DNA from: an uncultured Puniceicoccaceae bacterium
GTDB taxonomy: Bacteria > Verrucomicrobiota > Verrucomicrobiia > Opitutales > Oceanipulchritudinaceae
Length of the DNA: 12,478 nt
NCBI GenBank assembly: GCA_963933835.1
Contig: CAWVVV010000009.1
Coordinates: 1-12,478, forward strand
Direction of reading: 5' to 3'
Shown here: positions 1 to 7,543 of the stretch, piece after piece
Layout: each line of letters opens with the position of its first letter
Numbering within the stretch: the stretch's first letter is position 1
Program-made: the position numbers and the translations under genes
The notes under the pieces: model-generated
Databases searched by the model: none
What the model was told of the DNA's origin: nothing
The model's input: the letters and a program-made list of their open reading frames with translations, nothing else

Positions 1-121
1 GACATTTCCGTAAGCTCATTTTGCAAAGAGGTCTTGGCATCGGACATTTCCGTAAGCTCATTTTGCAAAGAGGTCTTGGCATCGGACATTTCCGTAAACT
101 CATTTTGCAATGACGTCCTGG
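1..121. repeat. In-frame 42-bp tandem repeat (14 aa, DAKTSLQNELTEMS) in the coiled-coil tail; continues off the window edge
   Basis: Unit gacatttccgtaagctcattttgcaaagaggtcttggcatcg is identical at 1-42 and 43-84. A third copy at 85-110 has one mismatch (position 98, L to F) and then degenerates to ~121. Confidence 0.97.
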
Positions 122-3100
122 ACTTGAGGGCTTCATTGAGCTGTGATTCTAGCTTGATTTGAGTCTGAGAATACCCGTCTTCAAGCGCTGCTTTCGACTT
201 ATTAATATCTTCGAGTGCAGCGGTTTGTTCGCTGATCAATTTACTGAGACGCTTAATTTCAGCTTGGTTGCTTTTCCAGGCTTCAGCTTGTTCTTGATTT
301 GATTTGGTGAGGGATGCGTTCGCACTTTGCGCTGATTGTAGCCTTGAATTTGAGTCGTTAATGATGCCCTGAAGTCTTTTGATTTCAGCTTGGTTGTTTT
401 CCCAGTTTTGCGCCTGTTCTTGATTCGTTTTTTGGAGGCGTTCGTTACTTTCGGTTAAACTATTGAGAGCTTCTAAGCGGTTTTGAGCCGTCGATTCAAA
501 GGCCGAGTATTTTGCCCAGAGCTCATCCTGTTTCTGCTTCAGCCAAAGAACTTCCCCCTGTAGCTCTTCGTAAGTTTTTGCTGGTTGAGGGTAGCGTCTT
601 TCGAGAACGAATTCGACTTGGTTTACGCTAATTGTTGAAAGAAAGCCGCGTTTCCAAGTCGATGTATCGTAGGCTTCGAGCAGTTCTTTTGGTGCAGCAT
701 TCGACTCGACTGGCATGATGAGGGGCCGGTGCATTTCGAGTCCAAATCCATCAGAATGCTCGAGGTGACCCCAAGTATTGAGCTCAGCTGGGCTGGGCTC
801 AGTGAGCAGACGGCGTAGCGTGAGCGCTATATAACTCCATCCATCGGTTGAGCTTGTAGGTAATGCCGCGAAAGGCTTCGTGGTCGCTAAAAATGCTTTA
901 GCTCCAGACCAGATATCCTTCTGTTCAACCGCAGAGAACCCAGTGCCTTTATCTGTGCTATAGACGGGTTTAACGTCTCCATCCTCGATTTTGAGATTCA
1001 GGAGTGTTTGGAAAGGTGCGCTGAAGAGCGCTTCGAGCCAATTGATTGATTCGTTCAGTAGGCTCGCATGATCCGATGGCCCTCCTTTTCCCATGAAGTA
1101 TCCGTGGGCACAAAATGCATTATCTTCTGACACCGCATTTTCCCAAGTGCCGAAGTAATAAGCCGTGAGCGGTTGTGATGCCTCGGTCTTCAAAAAATTT
1201 GATAGCGCTTTGGCGGAAGAGGCTGCCCAACCCAGATCGACAATTGCATCCGTTTTTGCGTCGAAGGAGAGATGTTCAAATAGAAACGTGTATGCTTTGC
1301 GATCTTCAGCGAAGAGCTCTTCGAGTTCAGGTCGTATGAGATGGAAAAGTTGTTTTAGCTTGGCTTCAGTATCTCCTTGGAAGAAATCGCCCCCGCCACT
1401 TTTTGTGATGATCGCAAGCGGATCAGCGAAACCACAGGTAATGATCGTGTCCGAGTAATTCTTCCAATCCAGTCCTAGGCGAGTGAGGAAATCCGCAGCA
1501 CATAGGCTTGGATGTGGGGTGCTTAGAAAATCTAGGGCCACCTCTTCGAGGCTTTCGAAGGAAGCAAAGCAGAGTGTTTTTCGAGAAGCCTCAATATATG
1601 TGAACTCAATCTCGGAGGCGTAGTCTTTGCCGATTTCCTTAAGTGCTTTCTCGAGGTAGTAGCCATCGCGCCCGAGGAGGAGAAGCCGCTGAATACCATT
1701 CTGTTTTGCATGACTTGCAACCCACCTCAGATAACTCAGGTAGAGAGGCCCCGCTAACTCGTAGCCCAAGCGATATAGAAGTGAAGTGTCGGCGAAGCCT
1801 TCTTCATGATGCCTTCGCCTCACGAGCCCGGCGAATAGACGACTTAAGTTGTCGCTCGGATTTTCGACAAAGGGATCTATTTCATCACACCATGGCTGTG
1901 TGACAGCTCTAGAGTGTAGATGGAGCGCCCGTAACCCGTGGGCTTTCGCTTGGACAAAATCGCTATTCAGATTGTCGCCTATGTGGACAATTTCAGACGC
2001 TTGAAATGGTATTTGTTTTAGAACGAGTGGATAGAGAGCGCCCGTATGTTTGCTGTCTCCTATTTCACAAGAAACGAATACTTTTCCCTTGGGATACCCA
2101 GCTTGCTGTAACCATTTCTGAATACAAGTGGCAGATAAATACATATCTGAGACGTAGATAACCTCTTTCCCCAGATCGGTCGCTTTCTGAGCTATCGCGA
2201 GTGTTCGAGGGTGAGCATAGAGAACCTCTTCTTCTATAGTCAGTTCGAGGGCTTTGATGGCGTCGGCTTCTTTTGGCGTGATGCCCAGAATAGGTCCGCA
2301 CTCGGCATAAATTTCTTCGAGCGTTACTTCACGTTCTAGAGTCTGGCGTGCCTTGTCTTCGGCCAGTGTGCGGGCGAGGGCGAAGGGTAGTGTAGATAGG
2401 CTTTTGATCTCCTGTGGAATACGGACTTCAACAATCTTGAAGACGTCGGCGGGGAGGTTACACTGCCTTAAGAGCGCTGTATCGAAGACGTCTAGGGACA
2501 GGCACTTGAAGTCCTCTCCTGTAAAGGGATCTGGGAAGGCCTCAGGCTCAGGCGCTTCCGTCGTGCGTTTCTCGAACGGCGCGACAGGTGAGCCGCCAGC
2601 GGGCGGAAATTGAATCGCATCCAGATCCCCGACGGCATCAGTAGAGCCTGAAAGAGCCTCTCTTAAGTAATCGTTTTTTAGGCGGTCGAGCATGAAGCGA
2701 TGCTTTTCAACGCCTCGTGTAACGGTGTTCCCTTGCGCGTGCATGCGCCAGTGGTAGTTCGCCAGATACTCTTTGAGAACAGTTATGTTGTAGTGGCGCA
2801 GGAATCGAAGATTGAAGTCATGATCTCCAAGGACGTCATAGTCTTGTTTGAACTTTCCGACGTGCTCATGCGCCTTTCTGCGATAAACAAACGCGATTGG
2901 CGGGAAGAGGTTTCGTCGCCTCATCTCATTCAGATTGGCGAACTCGAAGTAGTAATATTCACTGCGTTTGAGCTCCCGTATGTTTCCACCAAAGGTAATC
3001 TCCTCGAAGATCCGCGTTGATTGGCTGACGGCCCCATCGACTTTACGATTCGGTTCCCCGCATTCGATAGCTTCAACCGTCTTCGCTAGAAACTGAGTCG

Positions 3101-3410
3101 TCCAAGAGTCGTCATCGTCATGGATCGTTACATACTCACTTTCTGAAGCATCGAGGCCCGCGTTCGAGGCGTTTTGCATGCCTTTCGAACTGTCGTGATG
3201 AACAATATGAAGGCGACCTCGGTAGGCGTCTCCATAGCTCCGCGCGAGGACTTCGAGCGGCTCCTTCTCGCCGCCATCATTGACGATGATATGGACCCAG
3301 TCTTGATAGGTTTGCCCGAGGACAGATTCCATGGCGCGGCGAACGAGCTCGGGGCGATCCTTGGTACGGGTAATGACGGCAACGGAGGCCGATGGTAAAG
3401 TGTGTTTCAT
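1..3410 (-). CDS. Multidomain polysaccharide biosynthesis protein (3' end outside window): GT2 glycosyltransferase + HAD phosphatase + PRTase-like (ribofuranosyltransferase-like) domain + long coiled-coil tail
   Basis: Hand translation of the minus strand from ATG 3410 gives 1136 sense codons to position 3 with no stop. It starts MKHTLPSASVAVITRTKDRPELVRRAMESVLGQTYQDWVHIIVNDGG. GT2 motifs: HDDDD (3108-3122) and LGDHDFNLRF. A Pro-rich linker spans ~2520-2640. HAD motifs: SLDVFDT (2478-2498), SDMYL (2136-2150), HIGDN (1971-1985). These are followed by GRDGY (1659-1673) and the PRPP-loop-like IVDLGWAAS (IVDLGW at 1227-1244). A Q/E/K/N/L-rich heptad region runs from ~575 to the edge. TAAGGA lies 10 nt upstream of the ATG. 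Confidence 0.93.
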   Translation of the reverse strand, partial: MKHTLPSASVAVITRTKDRPELVRRAMESVLGQTYQDWVHIIVNDGGEKEPLEVLARSYGDAYRGRLHIVHHDSSKGMQNASNAGLDASESEYVTIHDDDDSWTTQFLAKTVEAIECGEPNRKVDGAVSQSTRIFEEITFGGNIRELKRSEYYYFEFANLNEMRRRNLFPPIAFVYRRKAHEHVGKFKQDYDVLGDHDFNLRFLRHYNITVLKEYLANYHWRMHAQGNTVTRGVEKHRFMLDRLKNDYLREALSGSTDAVGDLDAIQFPPAGGSPVAPFEKRTTEAPEPEAFPDPFTGEDFKCLSLDVFDTALLRQCNLPADVFKIVEVRIPQEIKSLSTLPFALARTLAEDKARQTLEREVTLEEIYAECGPILGITPKEADAIKALELTIEEEVLYAHPRTLAIAQKATDLGKEVIYVSDMYLSATCIQKWLQQAGYPKGKVFVSCEIGDSKHTGALYPLVLKQIPFQASEIVHIGDNLNSDFVQAKAHGLRALHLHSRAVTQPWCDEIDPFVENPSDNLSRLFAGLVRRRHHEEGFADTSLLYRLGYELAGPLYLSYLRWVASHAKQNGIQRLLLLGRDGYYLEKALKEIGKDYASEIEFTYIEASRKTLCFASFESLEEVALDFLSTPHPSLCAADFLTRLGLDWKNYSDTIITCGFADPLAIITKSGGGDFFQGDTEAKLKQLFHLIRPELEELFAEDRKAYTFLFEHLSFDAKTDAIVDLGWAASSAKALSNFLKTEASQPLTAYYFGTWENAVSEDNAFCAHGYFMGKGGPSDHASLLNESINWLEALFSAPFQTLLNLKIEDGDVKPVYSTDKGTGFSAVEQKDIWSGAKAFLATTKPFAALPTSSTDGWSYIALTLRRLLTEPSPAELNTWGHLEHSDGFGLEMHRPLIMPVESNAAPKELLEAYDTSTWKRGFLSTISVNQVEFVLERRYPQPAKTYEELQGEVLWLKQKQDELWAKYSAFESTAQNRLEALNSLTESNERLQKTNQEQAQNWENNQAEIKRLQGIINDSNSRLQSAQSANASLTKSNQEQAEAWKSNQAEIKRLSKLISEQTAALEDINKSKAALEDGYSQTQIKLESQLNEALKSRTSLQNEFTEMSDAKTSLQNELTEMSDAKTSLQNELTEM
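252..425. repeat. Degenerate intragenic direct repeat with 126-bp (42-aa) period
   Basis: 252-299 (cttaatttcagcttggttgcttttccaggcttcagcttgttcttgatt) resembles 378-425 (tttgatttcagcttggttgttttcccagttttgcgcctgttcttgatt). The peptides are NQEQAEAWKSNQAEIK and NQEQAQNWENNQAEIK. Confidence 0.85.
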
Positions 3411-3420
3411 TCTGACAAGA

Positions 3421-3426
3421 TCCTTA
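3421..3426 (-). promoter_or_regulatory. Putative Shine-Dalgarno (TAAGGA) for the fusion gene
   Basis: The minus strand reads ccatTAAGGAtcttgtcagaATG, a 10-nt spacer before ATG 3410. Confidence 0.5.
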
Positions 3427-3473
3427 ATGGAGCGATAGTATGCATTGATCCACTCGATTTTCGCGAACTTAGA

Positions 3474-5480
3474 CTATACCTCACGGTCCATTCTCATCGC
3501 AGGGTGCCAAAGGCGTAGAATGGCACGTTGAAGAGGGCTGAGGAGGGCATCGTAGCCTGGCCGCCAATGGCTTGATTTGAAATGTGATTTCGCTTTCTTT
3601 GGGCTGAGTGCGCGACTCCAGAAACCTTTTGTATCTGCCATCTTCGATTGATGGAAGACGCCTCCCCAGCCGTCTGGGTAAGCGACTTTAGACAATTCGA
3701 TGGCCTCCTCGTAGCTGGGATGAGCTAGCCAGCGATCCGTGATCTTGACGACGGTTTCTGCTCTCGGATCGAGACCCGGAGCCTCTGCGAGCCCGCCGAT
3801 TCGGTTGAAGAAGGCGCGAACGCCGTCATGCAAATCGCTCAGAGAGCTCAAGTCTTCGGCGTTTTCATGCAGGCCGTGGAGGAGTGGGCTGATTTTGCCA
3901 TCTTTGTTCCGCTGCATGCGGAGGAAGGTCGTTTCAGGTGCGGCGAAAAGGAACTCGATGAGCGCAACCCCGTAGCGGATGAGGCGAAGGTGTTCCGCTG
4001 GTTGGCCATAGTTTACAAGATAGGAGGCAAGGGTTGAATCTATGGATGCCGATGGTTCTGCTCCTTCGTAGGTGCCGAGATAGAGCCCCTCCAAGGGCCG
4101 CTCTATGCCACCTAGTCGAAATAGATTCTTTAGCGCTTTTTGGAGTGAAGCATTCCAGCCGACATCAACCATGACGAAGGGCTCTTCTTTGCCTAGAACT
4201 CCCCTGAGATAATCGAGGTAGTGGCCACGCTCCTCTTTTGCCGCAGCGATGATAGCAGGCTCAATTTCGTGGAAGAGCCGCCTGAGCGCGTCGTAGTCGA
4301 ATCCGGAGCGAACGATCTGGTTGTGATCGCTGAAACCGTAACGGCCAATATGCTCTGTAAATGCTCCTGGGTCCATCCCCATCCGCTCAAAAAAATCGCC
4401 GACTGAGAGGTTGATGCCTTCTGCAAGCCAATCCTCGGTAGCCGCATCGATTTTCTCGATCGCGGGGAACTTTAAACCGCGGCGAGATGCATAGAGGTAT
4501 TTGGATTCTGGATACGCACTATTCCCTTTGGTTAACGTGTCATAGAGTTCTTTAAGGAAATAGCCGTCGCGAGAAAGGAAATACACGGACTCCAGTCCTC
4601 GCCCTTTGACCTGTTTGAGAATAAACCGGAGAAATCCGAAATACAACGGGGCCGCGTATTCGAAACCGAAACCAAACCAGAAGCTGTCGTTTTGTTCTTG
4701 GGGCAGGGGATCGAAATGCCGTGATAAAAGTGCGGTCTGAATAAGGTGGTCGCTTGGGGCGGCGGAGGGCTCTAGCGGCTGCGCAAGGGGATGGATACCT
4801 AGTTTGCTGATTTCAGACTTTGTGAGCACTCTGCTTTGCCAACCAGCTTCCTGTGCTTTTTTGCCGTCGACTTCAGCATTGTCGCCAATGTGGAAGAATT
4901 GTGTCGATCGAAGCTGTAGGCGTTCTTCGACTGTCTTGTAGAGCCTTCCACTCCACTTGAGGCAGCCTTCGGTTGAGCTGACAAAAAGATGATCGTAGTC
5001 GCTGAATCCACAGCGTTCGAGCTGCTGGGCGATAAAGGTCTCGGACAGATACATGTCTGAGACGAAGATCACCTTTTTGTGCCGCGTTCTCGCCGCTGAA
5101 ATGAGCTGTCGAGTCTGTTCGAGTCCGTAGAGAACTTGGCCTTCAAGCTCTTCTTCGAGGGCTTGTAGTTTGTTTTCTAAACCTTGCGCGGGAGCCCATG
5201 ATTCGCCCAAACAAGCGTAGATGTCGTCGAGCGTAATTTCTTCAACTTGGCGCTCTTCCCAAGCCTTTCGGCGAGCCGCTGAATCGATCTCGGCGCGGCG
5301 TTTAGAAAATCCAGAGAACTGTTCGCCGTAGTCGACGACGAGGCGGCTTTCTAGAAGCTCAAATACGCTTGCCGGAGGCCCGCTTAAACGGGCGAGGGTT
5401 GTGTCGAAAATGTCGAGCGACAAGACTTCGAAGTCTCCCCATGGGAGGCTCTCAACGTCTACTTTCGGGAAAGGCGCCAT
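3474..5480 (-). CDS. HAD-family phosphatase + PRTase-like domain protein; probable bifunctional PRPP-dependent ribofuranosyltransferase/phosphatase for surface polysaccharide
   Basis: 668 aa. The HAD region carries SLDIFDT, VSDMYL, K(WSG) and HIGDN...D. These are followed by FLSRDGY, YASRR and FVMVDVGWNAS. The layout matches my recollection of phosphoribose-phosphatase + glycan phosphoribosyltransferase enzymes (cf. CrpP-CriT of H. influenzae type b Bcs3). The C-terminus is basic and amphipathic. Confidence 0.8.
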   Translation of the reverse strand: MAPFPKVDVESLPWGDFEVLSLDIFDTTLARLSGPPASVFELLESRLVVDYGEQFSGFSKRRAEIDSAARRKAWEERQVEEITLDDIYACLGESWAPAQGLENKLQALEEELEGQVLYGLEQTRQLISAARTRHKKVIFVSDMYLSETFIAQQLERCGFSDYDHLFVSSTEGCLKWSGRLYKTVEERLQLRSTQFFHIGDNAEVDGKKAQEAGWQSRVLTKSEISKLGIHPLAQPLEPSAAPSDHLIQTALLSRHFDPLPQEQNDSFWFGFGFEYAAPLYFGFLRFILKQVKGRGLESVYFLSRDGYFLKELYDTLTKGNSAYPESKYLYASRRGLKFPAIEKIDAATEDWLAEGINLSVGDFFERMGMDPGAFTEHIGRYGFSDHNQIVRSGFDYDALRRLFHEIEPAIIAAAKEERGHYLDYLRGVLGKEEPFVMVDVGWNASLQKALKNLFRLGGIERPLEGLYLGTYEGAEPSASIDSTLASYLVNYGQPAEHLRLIRYGVALIEFLFAAPETTFLRMQRNKDGKISPLLHGLHENAEDLSSLSDLHDGVRAFFNRIGGLAEAPGLDPRAETVVKITDRWLAHPSYEEAIELSKVAYPDGWGGVFHQSKMADTKGFWSRALSPKKAKSHFKSSHWRPGYDALLSPLQRAILRLWHPAMRMDREV

Positions 5481-6322
5481 TTCTTTTTCTTCGCGTTTTT
5501 AATGTCCCAAGCGAGGTCTCCGAGCATCCTGGCCTGCGTGGAAATCAATCCTTTTCCGGTGCGCCCACTCGCGATGTCGTCGCGCAGCCATTCATTGCGC
5601 AAGAGGCCATCGTAGAAGGCATGCTTGTCGGTCTGAGCCGTTACAGTGCTGTCGTAGGCATTGTTCGTTGTGTGGACGCGATTGTGGTAGCGTGCTAGGA
5701 TCTGAGGAACGACGCCGATTTCATATTTGCTCAGAAAGCGGATGTTGAAGTCCCAGTCCCCAAGCACTGGTAGGTCTTCACGAAAGCTGCCGACTTCGAT
5801 GCAGGCCTGTCGGTCGAAGACAAAAGCGATGGGTGCAAAAAAGTTTTCCACCAGCATCTGGCGAAGGCTGACATGCTGAACCCATGTGTTGTAGGGATGC
5901 ACCTTCTGTTCGCTAACGGAATCGTCGGTCAGGATTTCCCAAACGCGTTCGCAGTGCGTGATGACGGCCTTGATCGAAGGGTGTGGTGGGTTTCGTAGAT
6001 ATTCGATCGTGCGCTCCATGAACTCAGGATAGAGCGAGTCGTCATCATCGTGAATCATGACGTAATCAGACTCGAGGACCCGAAGGCCAGCATTGGACGC
6101 TGCTTCCATCCCGTGCGAATGCGGGTGATGGATGACCTGAACGCGACCATTGAAGTCTGTTTCGCGTTCTTTGATCAGCGCGTTTACTGGGCCTGGTTCA
6201 CCCCCGTCGTTCACGACGACGAGTTGCCAGTCATTTGTGGTTTGGCTGAGAACACTGTCCAGTGCTCTAGCCAAAAGGATGGGGCGATCCTTCGTTCGCG
6301 TGATAACACCGATAGCAGTCAT
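5459..6322 (-). CDS. Glycosyltransferase family 2 (GT-A fold)
   Basis: Motifs VITRTKDRP, SVLSQT, VVVNDGG, ASNAGL, IHDDDD and LGDWDFNIRF. The start is uncertain (ATG 6322 or 6346; the ORF track uses TTG 6361). The stop overlaps the next gene's start by 22 bp. Confidence 0.92.
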   Translation of the reverse strand: MTAIGVITRTKDRPILLARALDSVLSQTTNDWQLVVVNDGGEPGPVNALIKERETDFNGRVQVIHHPHSHGMEAASNAGLRVLESDYVMIHDDDDSLYPEFMERTIEYLRNPPHPSIKAVITHCERVWEILTDDSVSEQKVHPYNTWVQHVSLRQMLVENFFAPIAFVFDRQACIEVGSFREDLPVLGDWDFNIRFLSKYEIGVVPQILARYHNRVHTTNNAYDSTVTAQTDKHAFYDGLLRNEWLRDDIASGRTGKGLISTQARMLGDLAWDIKNAKKKKWRLSRK

Positions 6323-6403
6323 AGAGATGAGTGAAGTTGATTCCATCCGGCATTGTTGCAATAAACATTTTCCATGCTCAGCGTGCTTGCGTGTGTTTTT
6401 TAA

Positions 6404-7441
6404 CTAGAGGGTAGTGCCCCATTTGTCAGTCTTACGGTTGTAAAATCGCCTGAATGGCTCGATGAAAGTTTTATAGATCCCACTCGCCATTTTTAGCGCA
6501 CTTGAGCCCCATTGGCTCCAGATCGATACCATAATTAAAGCAATGCCGAGGGTCGCGCTGAGGATCAGAATCAGGTTGGATTGTAGTCCTCCCCAGCCTC
6601 CAATTGCTTTTATGAAATAAGAATCTGCGAGCCACAGCAGGTTCTGCGGGATTTCTAGGAAATCAACACGGGTGCGAGAGTCTTGACCTTCGAGGTCGAG
6701 AGCTGAAGCGGTCAATTTGACGACTAAGAAATAGGCTGCTGCAGAGAAAAGAAACAAGCCGACGCCTTGAGCTAGTCGCAGGTAGGGAAGGTATGTGAAA
6801 TCTTTGGAACGATCAAAATGAGTGCCTTCACTTTGTTTCATATCCAAGCAAAAGCCGAGCCAATACCCGACGATCCAAAAAGGGCTTATCGCTTGATAGA
6901 AGGCGAAACTAGCGATCAGCCCAGCAACCGATAAGCTTATTTTGAGGCGACGCGCTTTAGACGTGGAATGATTGCTCAAACGCCATGTCCACCAACCTAG
7001 AGCGAGGGTGATTGCTGAAACGAAGGGGAAGCTGAAACAGAACGCCCAGCTCAGCCATACAGCGGTTGTTGGAGTGAGGCCAATTATACAAGACGCAGCG
7101 GCGGCTTTGGCGCTTTTCCAGCCTGACGTTGTAAAGATCATGAAGAGTGTCAGACAATGGACGGCGAGACCAACAAGCCCTATAGCCCGTAAGAATGAGA
7201 GATTTTTGACCTTCTCTGTATGACTGAATGCGAACTTGATGACGGGGCTAAACAAATAACGCCCGCCCTGGATCATCTCGTTGTGTTCAAGGTCGACCGC
7301 ACCTGTGCGGGCTCGAAGGAGCATGTGATAGTCATCATTGTATCCGTAAACATGACGGATGACTGAACTGCCTGCTAGATAGACAAGGGCAGTGATTGTT
7401 AGCATGGCCCATATGTGTGATGACTGAGCTTTTGGTCTCAT
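6404..7441 (-). CDS. Polytopic membrane protein, GtrII-like (GT-C) glycosyltransferase, possibly C-terminally shortened
   Basis: An N-terminal TM helix is followed by YNDDY, then GGRYL and a later FYQ motif, with many hydrophobic helices. This pattern is typical of Glucos_trans_II/GtrII-type proteins. The start may be 7441, 7453 or 7465. Confidence 0.65.
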   Translation of the reverse strand: MRPKAQSSHIWAMLTITALVYLAGSSVIRHVYGYNDDYHMLLRARTGAVDLEHNEMIQGGRYLFSPVIKFAFSHTEKVKNLSFLRAIGLVGLAVHCLTLFMIFTTSGWKSAKAAAASCIIGLTPTTAVWLSWAFCFSFPFVSAITLALGWWTWRLSNHSTSKARRLKISLSVAGLIASFAFYQAISPFWIVGYWLGFCLDMKQSEGTHFDRSKDFTYLPYLRLAQGVGLFLFSAAAYFLVVKLTASALDLEGQDSRTRVDFLEIPQNLLWLADSYFIKAIGGWGGLQSNLILILSATLGIALIMVSIWSQWGSSALKMASGIYKTFIEPFRRFYNRKTDKWGTTL

Positions 7442-7543
7442 ATGTAACGCCATAAGTAATGGCAATTGGCTCGTTACCTTAAGTCAACTTCTGGGGTGGC
7501 ATCGCGATAATCCTTGCCCGAGGTTGCTATTGTTGGAGGAAAT

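Noticed and set aside
1..121. 42-bp repeats as a CRISPR array
   Set aside because: The units are directly adjacent with no unique spacers, lie in frame within a CDS, and no cas genes are present.
1165..3398. Short ORF-track ORFs between 1165 and 3398
   Set aside because: All are alternative-frame or antisense shadows of the long minus-strand fusion ORF and show no recognisable motifs.
1..7465. Glycan locus as a mobile or horizontally acquired island
   Set aside because: No integrase, transposase, tRNA or flanking repeats are visible, and I could not quantify a compositional difference by eye.
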